64,000 nt of DNA from Nageia nagi (lineage: Eukaryota > Plantae > Pinophyta): NCBI GenBank assembly GCA_050084985.1, contig JBITNC010000001.1, positions 70,804,001-70,868,000 on the forward strand. Reading direction: 5' to 3'. The translations under genes were made by a program, and so were the position numbers. The notes under the pieces are model-generated. The model ran no database searches. It was not told the DNA's origin and saw only the letters and a program-made list of their open reading frames with translations. Below are positions 49,061 through 62,250 of this stretch, piece after piece. Position 1 is the first letter of the stretch; each line of letters starts with the position of its first letter.

Positions 49061-52000
49061 TGTTTAACTTTGTATGACACTGAGAGGAGGTAGGTGAATT
49101 AGTGTGTTTAAAAACTAAATACAATTTTTTCACTTTTGAAATCAAGATGATACAAAACTAAAATCAAATGAGCAAGCACATAAAAGACAACACAGAGCAT
49201 AAGATGTAATGAGGTTTGCTAGTTTGGTTATATCCATGAAAATGAATACTTGGACTCCATTCCAAATGTAACCATAAAAATATTACAAAATTTTGCAACA
49301 CCCACTACAAGGAATAGCATCAACTACCCTATCATTCTATAGCACCAACTATAAGGAGCATCGAATCCTCTTGCCAAGCACCCACTTGATGAACTCAAAT
49401 AAAGAAGATAAATGATTGATTATAGTTCACACAAGATCCTAAATGATCTAGATAAATACACTATATTTTCTCACTCTTGTATTTTCTCACTTCGTCTCCA
49501 CTTTACTTCACACACACTCTCAATTATTTCTACACACATAATTCTCACACTTGTCCAAAAAAATATGAAATGGATTTGTAATGCCCAAAAGATTAATTAT
49601 TACCTTTTCATAAAGAAAAACTAAATATTATTATTGATAAGATTCTCTTGAATCATTACATATGCTACTCCATGAAGATGAGACCCAAAAACATGCACAC
49701 AAGTAAAGTAACTACCAAACTATGCATATTAAAAAAAACTTTCAAGCATTGACACAATTCTGAATATCAAGAGACTAGATCAGTTACCTATTCAATATGA
49801 AACATCTTCTTTCCAAAAGGTATACCACCAAAATCTATATCCTAAACTATTCAATTCATAGTAACCCACTCTGCACACCTATCAACTGAAAATGTCCCAA
49901 AATAGACCAAGAAACTGTTGCTAAAATACTAGAGGGAATATACTTTACACACTGCTTAAAATAATACTACATTGCCAAAACACAAACCTAAGAAAATTAA
50001 AATATTATAGAACTAGTTCATGAAAATACATTGATTGGATCCAAAATGTGTGTTCCAAGTTCATACAACATGAAATGGTATTACAATTTTGGCATAAGTG
50101 TTGAATGACCTCTACTAACTCGTATTTATTTTTGATATTCTCAACTAAAAAAAAGTTTTTAAAAGAGACATCATGTCATGAAAAATTTCCAATATAAAAA
50201 TGAGAGTGCTCTTTTTTTTTAACAATAAATAAAACACACACTCAAAAACTTCTTCACACAATAGTCAAACTTAGTCCAAAAGTATTTAGCCACATGTCAT
50301 TTGGAGAGAGAAAACAATTACACACAATAAGGATGCCTCAAAGAATCTACCAAGTATCATAACTAGACTAGATACATTTCATCAAATATTTCACAAGTTT
50401 CATCAAAAATCATAGCAAGCATTTTGTTAAGCATTTCACTGCCAAAATTAGGCTCAACACTTAGTGAAATTTATGCTTGTCATTTCATCAAACACTTACC
50501 AGGCATCCTCGTTCACTAACTTCTAGAACTTGGATTGAGATGAACCAAAAACCAAAGTTGTGAGATTTTTTGTTCTAATTACAAATCTACAACCAAAAAT
50601 CAAAGATATCAAATAAAACTCATTGAATTACTCTTTTTCCTTTTTATCTCAAAAAGCGCACCAAACTGCAAAAAGTTACTAATTGGCATTTTGTAACTTG
50701 TACCATTTCTGCCTCAATTTTTTCCTTGATCCAAAATTTGGGCCACATATTATTGATATATAGTACTATATTTTTTCTAAATTTTAACCTTTGAATCATC
50801 ACCATTTGCACACAATTTGACTTGCATGAAGCCAATTTCACCCAAACTTCTAATTGCTCCAAAATCCATAAGAGTGCATGAAATCGAACCAACATGGAAT
50901 CTGACCATTCCAATGTTTCACATAAATTTTATCCAAACCACCTCTAGCCGTCTATCACTTTCCATTTACATTTTTGCCCCATTGACAAATTTTAATACCT
51001 CATGACAACTTTTGGTCCCTTTATTGTTTTTGCATTCAACAACTTTGTAAATCTTATTGATATCATTCCTTTAAAATGTGAAACCATGGGAACCATTGCT
51101 ACACCATGCTCAACAATCTTCCCCTTTGGAATTATTGGCAACATATATGCAAAAATCTATTACTCTTCTCCCCCTTTGACAACAAATATAAAGCGATGCC
51201 TTGGAATCCCCTTGATTCCATACATATAATACTTAGGTGTAAATTAGTATATAAGAGAACATATTATATAGGAGAAAAAAGATAAGAAAGTACAAAGTTA
51301 CCCCCCTTGAGATTGTGCATCCAAAAGCTAGTTAATGCTTGGGTCATGTCACCACTCCCAGTTTATTTTACAAGTACTCAAAAACATCTTGGGTAATGGT
51401 TTAGTGAAGATATCTACTACTTTCTCTAATGTGGGAATAAATTCCAACTTTAACTCTCCTTCTACAAACTTTTCCTTCAAGAAATGGTATTGAATGGTAA
51501 TGTGTCTCATTCTTGAATGCATGTTCAAATTCTTGGAAATATTGATTGCATTTATGTTATCACACATAACTAAAATGGGCTCAGTGATCTGAATACCTAG
51601 ATCCTTCATCATTTGTTTCATCCATATAACTTATGTACAACATGATGTCAATTCTATGTACTCTGATTCAGCTATAGATAGTGATATCGATTCCTATTTC
51701 TTGCTATGCCAACCAACAAGATTATTGCCCAAGTAGAATGCACTGCCACTAGTGCTCTTCTTATCATCTACACACCCTACCCAATCTGCATTTACGAAAG
51801 TAATGAGTATGAAATCCTTCCCCTTAGGATACCATAGGTCATAGTCCATTATACTTTTGAGGTACCAAAATATCCTATTTACTATGATCACATGTGTCTC
51901 CTTTGGATTGGCTTGAAATAGTGCAACCATGCACACTGCCTAAAGTATGTCAAGTATGGTAGTTATTAGATACAATAGACTCCCAATCATTATCCTGTAC

Positions 52001-55000
52001 ATAGTTTGATCCATTGATGGGGAATTATCATCCTTGATAAGCTTGCAACCTATCATCATAGGAGTGGTCAGAGGCTTGTAATCCTCCATAATGAACTTTT
52101 TCAACGTCTCCTTTACATACTTGATTTGTGAAATAAAAATGCCATTCTTCAATTGATTGGCTTGTAAACCAAGAAAATATGAAAATTTACCTATCATTAA
52201 CATCTCAAACTCTATTTGCATCTAGTTATCAAATTCTTTGCATATTTCATCCTTGTTACCTCCAAAAATAATATCATCAACATAAACCATAATGATAACT
52301 TGATGATTATTTTTAGATTTAATGTAGAGATTACTATCCACCATACCATTTTTGAAACCCTACTAATGAAGATATGTATCAAGCCTAGAGTATCATGCTT
52401 GGGGTGCCTATTTTAGACCATAAAGTGCCTTTTTTAGTTTTCACATAAAGTTTAAGTTCTCACTTATCTAAAATCTATCTGGATACTCAGTGTAGACTTT
52501 TTCCTCAAGATTTCCATTCAAAAATAGTAATTTGACATCCATTTGATAAACCTTAAAGTTCTTGTACATAGCCAAAGCAAGAAACATGTGAATAGCCTCT
52601 AATCTAGCCATAGGAGCAAAGGTTTCTTCAAAATTAATACCTTCAACCTAAGCACACCCTTTGCAAAATAAACTTGCTTTGTTTCTTATCACTTTCCCAT
52701 CTTCATTAAGCTTGTTATAAAAAACCCACTTGGTGCCAATCATATTTTTGTTCTTGGGCCTTGGTACCAACTCCCAAGTCTAATTCTTTTCAATTTGGTC
52801 TAACTCTTCATCCATTTCCTTGATTCAACTCTCATCCTAACTTGCCTCTACAACATTCTTTGGTTCTATACTTGAAAGAAGGGAATATGTTCTTGTTGTT
52901 CATCTCCTTGTTTGAACTCTAGTATCTGGATCTCCAATTATTTATTCACTTGGATGATCCCTTTTCCATTTACCTATTTTGTATTTTTGGTTTTCCTCCA
53001 TTGTTGAATCACTATGTGAGTTACTAGAGCCACTCTTTGATTGCTTTTTTGGTTGTTTCTCTACCTCATCTGCCTTGATGTATTCTTGATAAATAAAAAA
53101 AATTTCATCATTTCCTTTACAGGTATTCTCATCTCATCAATCTTAACATTTGCACTCTCAACAATTTTCTTGAATCTTTTATTATAATACTTGTAAGTCT
53201 TAATATTTATTGAGTAACCAAGGAATATACCTTCATCCACTCTATCATCAAACTTACCAAGATTTTATTCCATCTTCTTAATGTAGCACTTACTACCAAA
53301 AACTTTGAAGTATCTTGTTGATGCCTTTTTGTTAAACCATAACTCAGAGGGTGTCTTATTTTTGTGGGGTCTCAACATACACCTATTCTAAATATAAACC
53401 ACTATGTGGACTACTTCTTTCCAAAACCTATCAACTATGTTGCTTTCTATCAACATTGTTCATGCCATTTCTTGAACTAACCTATTGTTTCTTACTACTA
53501 CACTATTTTGTTGAGGTTTTCTTGCTGTAGAAAGTTGTCTCCTAATACCATACTTGTGAGAAAACTTATTGAAATCATTTAAAATAAACTCACCTCCTCT
53601 ATCTGATATCAAATATTTGATCCTCCTATGAACTTGATTTTTTGCTTGATTCTTTAAGGTCTCAAAATTTTCAAGTTCTTCTGACTTGTGTTTCAAAAAT
53701 AATAGCCATGTCATCCTAGAATAATTATCTATGCATAACTTGGACTACTTATCCCCATTTATACTTTGCATCCTCATAGGACCACCTAAATTAGTATGAA
53801 TAGGCTTTAGGAATTTTCTAGAATAATAATAATTTGTATTGAAAGTGGATCTAGTGATCTTACCCTTTTGACATGAAGAAAAAATACTATTTGGAGGTTT
53901 CTCAATACTTGGAATATCTCAAACTACCCCCTTCAAATTGATTTTGACTAAGTTATCAAAGATGACGGTCCAAGCCTCTTATACCAAAGCCAATATTCAT
54001 CCTCCTTTTTGAGAAAGCATGATCCATTTAAAGTCTATCAATGTATACAAATTTTTAAAAGTCCTTTTGCCAACTGCTACCAATTTACCATTATCTACTC
54101 ATCTGATTTTGGACCTTCAATTTTTAAAAATCACATCATGACCTCTATCAGAAATATGACTTACACTCAACAAGTTATGTTATAGACCAATCATGAATGA
54201 AACCTCTTCTAATATGATTTTACCATCACTTAGTTTCACTATGCCTTTACCGAATATCTTTGCTCCATCATTGTTCCCAAATTTGACTAAACCTCCTTCA
54301 TATTGTTGCAACTTTTCAAAATTTTATTTATCACTTGTCATATGACATGAGCATCCACTATGTAGTATCCATGGAGCTAGTTTATCCCATGCTTTAAGAG
54401 CTATTTGTACTATTAAATCTTCTTTTTATTCTTCTAACTTTTCCTTCTCTTTCCATTCCTTCTTGATACCTATCTTGGTTTCCTATATTGTCTCTTCCTA
54501 TTTGATTTGTTGTACCTATGTCTTTGGAATCTTTCTATTTTGTCTCATGCCTTATGATTGAAAAGATTTTTGCTAAAATTGATTAGAAGAGAATGTAATC
54601 CTACAATTTCTTGCAATGTGACCATATTTGTGATAGTTATAACATTCCATAGCATAATCCATCAATGGTGCAAATGTGTTTCTACTCTTGGACTGATATT
54701 ATATTTGCACTCAGAGATTCTATGTCCATACCCATTGCACTTAAAATAATAACCAGAAAAGGATTGAGTGAACTTGGGTTGTGGGATTTGTCACATTATA
54801 GCAAATGCTACAAATCTTTTGCTCCTTTGATATGCTACATGTGTGATTCCATCATTGTCCATATTTCTATCATTTCTAGCACTATCATGCATAAGATGGT
54901 TTTGATTGATAGATTGGTTTCTTTTCTTCCTTGATTTCTAATTTTTTATTCTCATCTTTGGAGGTTTGTCCTTCTTCAAAACCCAGACAAAATTTAATAT

Positions 55001-58000
55001 TTGGTGATCTTTGGTTGTTCAACATTTTATCTAACTTTAAGGATCCTCCCTCTAGTTTATTATATTCACTAACCTTATGACTCATCTCTTCCAGTTGAAG
55101 ACTCAACCCTGTAATCTCTACCTCCAATTTGCTGTAGTACTCAGCTTTGGTAGTGAGCTATTATTCAATATCCTTAGTTATTTGTTGCATTTATTCTACT
55201 TGCACTTTTAAGCTTATGATGATTTCATTTGCATCATCAAGTTTTTGAGAAGTTTTCCTATGCCTTTTCCTTTCTATCTTTAATTCTTCTAGAGTTGCAA
55301 TTAGTTCTCCTTCTAGATTGACTTTTGCTTCAATTTCTTCTTCATCAATTTCTTCTTCCAATTTTTATTTCATTTTTGGTTTTTCCTCTTTGAATGCCAT
55401 GAAAAGAGCTTCATCAAACTCTTCTTCTAATTCTTCATTTGAGTTGGCTTTTGATGAACTAATGTTCTTGGAAATGAAGCTTTTCTTCTTGAAATTACCT
55501 TTTCTAAAATTTGATTTTGTCTTCCAGCCACTTCTCTCTCTGTGCAAACTTTCATCATCTTGGTTCTTTTTTTTGTAAGGACATTTCATTGCAAAATGCC
55601 CTACACCTCTATAATTGAAACATTTAAAAGGAAATTTCCCTTTGTATTTTTCTTTTCCCTTTTTCAGCTTTCTAACAAAGTGTGCTTCCAATTCATCTAA
55701 AGATTCTTCTTCTTGTGACCCTTGTTTTTATTTTATATTTTTATTTTCTTTGAAATAAGCATACCTATATTTGAATTTGGACTTGCCTATTCTCATTTCA
55801 TAGGTTATTAGTGAACCATGCATTTCATCCATACTAAAATCATTCTATAGTAGGAACTTTTGAATCAAATCTTTGAGGATGTGAACATAATACCTTTTTC
55901 ACAATGATTGAGTCTTCAATCTTTTGTTTGAGGCCTCTAATCACATTGATCACTTCATTGACCCTTAGCATGTATGATTATATACTTTCATATTCATTCA
56001 TATTTAAACTCTCAAACTAATCTCAATGAGTTTGAAGCTTAACCTCCTTTTTCTTCATGTCTCCCTCATGAATACTTTTCAATTTATCCCATATTTCCTT
56101 TTTAGACTCATAGTTTATCACTTTTACTAGCTCACTATCCACCAATCCATACATGATGGCATTCTTGACCTTCAATTTATTTTCATATGCCTTCTTATCT
56201 ACTGCATTTGTAATAGGCATGGAAGGTGTGGTATAGCCATTTTTTATGGCCTCCCAAATCTTGTATCCCAAGGAACTAAGATAGGTTTGCATCTCGACTC
56301 TCCAAAAAGCATAGTTAGTGCCATCAAATAATGGAGCTTTGTTTGAAGAGAACCCTTTACCTGAAGACATTGTGTCATGTCCAAGATCTCCCTAGCTAAT
56401 TAATCTAAAATAGGAACATGCTCTACTATCAAATGTTGAACTTTGTGTGACACTGAGAGGGGGAGTAAATCAGTGTGTCTAAAAACTAAATACAAATTTT
56501 TCACTTTTGAAATCAAGGCCATGAAAAATTGAAATCAAATAAGCAAGCACATCAAAATTAACACATAACACAAGATGTAATGAGGTTCACTAGTTTGGCT
56601 ACATCCCTATAAATGATTACTTGGACTCCAATCTAAATCCAAGCATAAAAATGTTACAATGTTTTGTAACACCCACTGCAAGGAATAACATCAACTACCC
56701 TATCATTCTATAGCACCAACTACAAGGAGCATCGACTCCTCTTGCCAAGCACCCACTTGATGAACTCAAATAAAGAAGATAAATGATTAATTATAGTTCA
56801 CATAAGATCTTGAATGATCTAGCTCAATACACTATCTTTGCTCACTCTTGTATTTTCTCACTTCATCTCCACTTTACTTCACACACACTCTTAATTATTT
56901 CTACACACACACTTCTCACACTTGTCCAAAAAAATATGAAATGGATCTAAAAGATCCAAAATATTAACTACTATCTTATCAAAAAGAAAAATTGAATCCC
57001 ATTAATAATAAGATGCTCTTGACTTATTGCATATGTTGATCCATGAAGATGAGATCCTATAACATGCACATAAGTAAACCAACTACTAAATTATGCATAT
57101 TAAAAAAAATTTCAAGCATTGACATGATTTTGAATATCAGGAGACTAGATCAGTTACTTCTTCCATCTAAAATATCTTCTTTCCAAAATCTCTACCACCA
57201 AATCTGTAGCTTCAACTATTCAATTCATAAGAACCCACTTTGTACACTTATTAGCTAAAAAATTCCCCAAAATGGACTAAGAAAATGTTGCTAAAATACT
57301 AGAGGGAATATACTTCACACACTACTCAAAATAATACTACATTGCCAACACATAAATCCATAAAAATTAAAATATTTCATAACTATTTCATGAAAATACA
57401 TTGATTGGATCCAAAATGCATGTTCCAAGTCCATATGATATGAAATGGTATTACAATTTTTGCATAAGTGTCAAATGACCTCTACTAACTCATATTTATT
57501 TTTGATATTCTCAACTAAAAAAGGTTTTCAAAAGAGACACCATATCATGAAAACTCTCCAATATAAAAATGGGATTGCTCTTTTTTTTTTAACAAGAAAT
57601 ATAAACACATACTCAAAAACTTCTTCACACAATAGTCAATCTTAGTCCAAAAGTATTTAGCCACATGTCACTTAGAGAGAGAAAATAATTACACACAACA
57701 AGATGCCTCAAAGAATCTACCAAGTGTCACAACTAGACTAGATGCATTTTGTCAAATATTTCACAAGTTTCCTCAAAAACCATAGCAAGCATTTCATGAA
57801 ACATTTGACTGCCAAAACTAGGCTCAACACTTGGAGAAAGTTTTGCTTATTTCGTTAAACACGTACTAGGCATCCTCGTTCACTGACTTCTAGACCTTAG
57901 ATTGAGATGAACTAAAAACAAAATTTGTGAGATTTTTTGTACTTATTACAAATATACAACTATAAATCAAATATATTAATTCAAACTCATGGAATTGCTC

Positions 58001-58484
58001 TTTTTCTTTATTATCCCAAAAAGTGCACCAAACTATAAAAAGTTACTAAGTGGCATTTTGTAACTTGTACCATTTCTGCCTTGATTGCTTCCTTGATCCA
58101 AAATTTGGACCACATATTCTTGTTATATAGTAATATATCTAATATAAAATTTAGCTTCTAACTCATCACAATTTGCTCATAATTTGACTTGCACAAAGCC
58201 AATTTCACCCAAATTTTTTACTACAAAATCCACAAGAGTGCATGAAATTGAACCAACATGGAATTTGAACATTCCAATGCTACACACAACTTTTTTATCA
58301 CCCTAAAAATTGATCCAAACCATATCTAGCCATCATTCACCTTCCATTTATGTTTTGGCCCCCTTGACAGCTTTTGGTATCTCATGACAACTTTTGGTCC
58401 CTTTATTGTTTTTATGTTCAACATGCAAATTTTGTCGATGTCATTCCTTTGACATGTGTAACCATAAGAACCATATACACACTA
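49061..58484 (-). mobile_element. Near full-length decayed Sirevirus-like Ty1/Copia element with ~2.05-kb LTRs
   Basis: LTRs 49061-51115 and 56434-~58484 align along their length. PPT ATCTTCCCCTTTGG (+) at 51116, with extra PPT-like copies at ~51165 and ~51300. Degenerate iMet PBS at ~56420-56433. The outermost ~20 nt of the right LTR and the TSD are not recognisable. Confidence 0.9.
51349..56370 (-). pseudogene. Sirevirus-like gag-pol pseudogene
   Basis: gag KAPLFDGTNYAFWRVEM; knuckles FKCFNYRGVGHFAMKC, KCNGYGHRISEC, ECYNYHKYGHIARNC; coiled coil; protease WILHSGCSCHMT; integrase ISDRGGEF, RKPQQNSVV; RT YVDDIIFG, EFEMLMIG..SYFLGLQ; RNase H ADWVGCVDDKKSTSG, HSRMRHI, DIFTKPLP. Confidence 0.9.
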
Positions 58485-58489
58485 TTATC

Positions 58490-58920
58490 TTCATGTTTAT
58501 AATAATTACAACACCATTTGATTGTACTCAACATGTTTCTTAATAACTAAATGGATAGAATCGATGAAAATATCACAAATTTTAACTTCATATAATTTAT
58601 TGTGAATAGATTGATATACCTTTTTGAATCTCATAATATATTTATCTAATGCTTCATTGGGCCCTTGTTTCAAGGAACATAATATTGAAATAGTATACTT
58701 ATCCTTGATGTTATGTTTATAGTAATTCATGAATGCCTTGACAAGTGATTTGAAAGAATCTATTGATCCCAAAGGTAATTTGTAAAACCATTAGCTAACA
58801 TCACCCTTCAAATTCCTTGGGAAGAATTTAGCCATCAGCTTCTTGTAAATAACTTAAAATCATATTTTCTCTTGATCATATTTCCTCTTTATGTTTTCTC
58901 CCAATCACTCCATCATAGCC
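58490..58920 (-). pseudogene. Retrotransposon gag fragment of the outer minus-strand Tat element
   Basis: KFFPRNLKGDVS*WFYKLPLGSIDSFKSLVKAF...LKQGPNEALDKYIMRF, a typical Retrotrans_gag core. Confidence 0.8.
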
Positions 58921-58935
58921 ATTTTTGACCTTATA

Positions 58936-61900
58936 TGTTAAGAACCTAATCGGTATACTAGTTGCCTTAATCAATTAGCTTACTAACCAACCAACTGACT
59001 AGGTCAACCAACCTACCAGTCTAGTGTTAGATCTATAAAGTCATATTTGAAATTTTATTTTTCCTCTCTCAAAAATTCACATCATTTTAGCTCTTAACCT
59101 TTACCAGCCTTCCTCCCTCACCCAACTAAGACCTTGAGCACTATCCCAAGCCCTAATCACCTCTAGCACATCTCATAACATGTCTTGAGCTTTCTTATAA
59201 GTGTTAGAGAGCATTAGAGTAATATTGAAGCATTGGATAACTTTTATTCTTTTGTATAGCACTTCTATGCATTTGTGTGAGAATGTATAATGTTTGTAGG
59301 CTATATTCATGATAGTTTAGCTTGTTTTTATCATCTTTCATTATCTTAGCATATCATGAGCATATCACATTATAGTTTAGGAATTTACTTACTTTATAAT
59401 TCCCATTTGATTATGGGTTAGAGGGTTTAAATTCCATCAAGGAGGTTTAAATGATCTCTTTGAGCACACTTTAAGGTCTTAAGGTACTAGAGTGTGGAGA
59501 CCCCCATTAACATTTGTTTGCTTATAGGTTTAGACATCAAGAGCATTCATCCATCATTTATCACAAGATAAACTCTATCACAAGCATTGGTGGTGCAATA
59601 TTGATCCCTCCTAAATGGAGAGGGATTTCCACACTTGGGTTATCCATAAGATAGAGATCATGGTGGGACCTCTCTTTTTCCTTTATGCTCAACTTGGAGG
59701 AGTTTTCTAAACCTTTCTCTTTTTGTTGGGTTTTTATTTTATCCCTTTATCTTGATTTTTTGATCATTTCCCATGACTAAAGTGTGCTAATTATTTTAGG
59801 GAATCATCTTAAAGCTAAGGAAAATCAAATTTTAAGGTTTAAAGTCCTCATTCATGGTCAATCACCAACCAATTTCTAACAGATTAATTTGTAGAGCCCA
59901 ATAAGCCTTCAATACATCAGTTGGCCTATAGTCACTTCATAATCCATTATTTGGCCTAGCAATGATCACCCACATTCAAATTAATTAATTAGTTTGTAGT
60001 AGATTAACTAGTCCATATCAGTTAGTTCTTAGTAGATCAATCTATATGTCAATCAGCTTGAGAATGCTTGTTAGCTTTATTTTAGGGTTTGAGTCTGTTA
60101 CCTAGGCTTAAATCATTTTTCATCATTTTGTTAGTAGTATTAGCCCTATAGCTTGGTATAATAAGTATACTACCAATATTTTGACTCTTGTATTGTAATT
60201 ATATACTTTATTTTTAGCATTTTTATACTTTATTTTTAAATATATCTAGGTATCATTATGATCGATTGGCCAACTAGTTGACTAGTACACTGATTGGTAT
60301 TGCCAATAGGTCTGTAGTGTATCAATTAGTATTAGAGCATGTAAAAAGGTATTTTATGTTTTGTAAACTTGGAATGAGATCACCCTAGACCTATATACAA
60401 CTTTTATCATGCTTCAAATTAGATCTTATTTATTGTTTGCATCCTAAAATTATTTATTTATTTATTTTTCACTCTTGTATTAGTGAAAATTGCATCCTTG
60501 GGTGGGAGTGCCTTATCATATCTTGTGAAAGGTGTAATTTGTAGTTTATATCCATTTAGTTACATATTATTGATCAATTAACCTTTCATTTTTAATAACA
60601 TAAGCTTAGGATTGATCCAAGCACATGGATATCACTACCACAATGTCACCCACACTTGGAGGTCATTGCCGAGGTGGGGTACTTAAGTTGAGCCTTAAAC
60701 ATTCCACCCCCCTAGAGATTGAGCCTTCAACCTCAAACACTTTACTAGATAAACCCTTAGGAAAATTAATCAAGAGGCCATTTTACCATAAAATCATTCA
60801 TCACTAATCAAGATAATAGACAAATTGAATAAGAAGCAATTAGATCAAGATAAATAACCATGGTTATCTTAATCATATAGGCATTGCTATCTTATCGTAT
60901 AGGGTTTTTGTGCATTAGATTTGCATACACTTCAAAAAAAATTAATCAAATCAAGATCAAGAACATTTATGCTTGGTGTTTTTTTTTCTTATCTTATTTG
61001 GAACCTTTGGGATATTTAGATTTAGCAACAATGTTATTCTTTCCATTTGTTCCTTTCTTTTTAAGGCTAATTAATCCTTGGAAATTGGTTAGGGAATGTT
61101 ATGTGAACATGGCAGCTACCCCTAGATATAATCAACTAGATAAAGAGAAAAATCAAGATAAATAGGACCTACAATATTAATTCCTTCCTTCTAGGCTAAT
61201 CACCCCTCAATCTCATGTTTCCCTCCTCTCATCATTCTCATCCTTCTCTTTATCATTATCCTTCTCATCACACTCCTTATCCTTCCAATCATCATTTTTC
61301 TCCTCATTATTCCACTATGTCTATTGTTCTCAATTGGCTAGTGAAATCAAGTCTCATTCCTTATGTTGAAACCCAAATTTGGTCCCCTGATGGTGTCCCC
61401 ACTTAGGTGTAACCTTACATACATATTTAATCACACTTTATCACAATTTATTATATTTTACCTTATTATCACATATTTCTTAGATTATGTTCTTACTTTT
61501 ATGTTAGGTACATTGAGATGACTTCAACCTTATTACAAGGGATCAATTGGTGGATATCATGTTTATATAATGCAAGTATCTCTAACCTAGGTAAAGTATA
61601 TCAAGATTACATATCGATAGTTGATACCCTACTATTGGGTTTTTATAAATGCTACATAAATGCCACCTATTAATATTGGAATATATATCATCCATTTCCA
61701 TGATCATATTCTTAGCTCAACTTGTTGATAGATCTATTGTTATTGATCCTTGGTGGCAGATCTTATTCTATTAAAATGCTAGCATCCATGGTGGAATGCA
61801 TGGCCATGTTCAGCTATTGAGACCTAATGCCCACATTGAGATCATTACTGATGTTGTTCATGGGGTTTGCACATCAAAGTCACTTCTATCATACAAGCTC

Positions 61901-62200
61901 TTCCTACATATAGTATGCTTGATCACTTGTAAGGATACACAAGTATTTATCTTATACTTGATTCCATCTCTTTAGTGCATGCTTTCATTTTAATATCTTG
62001 ATAGAACCCTATTTTTGTTATTGCATTGTTGCTATATTTGATTATGTTATTTCCTATTATTATGTATGTTTATTTAAGTTAAAAGGATTGGTTATTAAAT
62101 AATTAAATGTTTATTTGTATTTAGTTCATTTAGACCAAAATCCTAGTTATACTAAAACACATATTGACACCCACCCATTTATAGCATTTCTTTCTCTTAA
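58936..62200 (+). mobile_element. Probable further LTR-type insertion (LTR plus leader), boundaries uncertain
   Basis: Host gag stops abruptly near TGTTAAGAACC (58936). TATA-like CTATAAAG at ~59033 is followed by a pyrimidine-rich R-like tract. CG-depleted. No second LTR or clear PBS in the window. Confidence 0.4.
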
Positions 62201-62250
62201 TTAGGGTTAGAATAAAATTTCTTTCAAACCTACATTAAAATTCTATCATA

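Noticed and set aside
51116-51348. Possible env-like ORF of the Sirevirus-like element
   Set aside because: Only ~230 bp lie between pol and LTR; the short ORFs nearby are within the LTR.
60620-60790. Second SINE or tRNA-like element (B-box-like on the minus strand)
   Set aside because: Poor A and B boxes, no tail or TSD. The same GAGATTGAGCCTT motif occurs in the Tat leader at ~34388, so it is more likely retroelement leader sequence.
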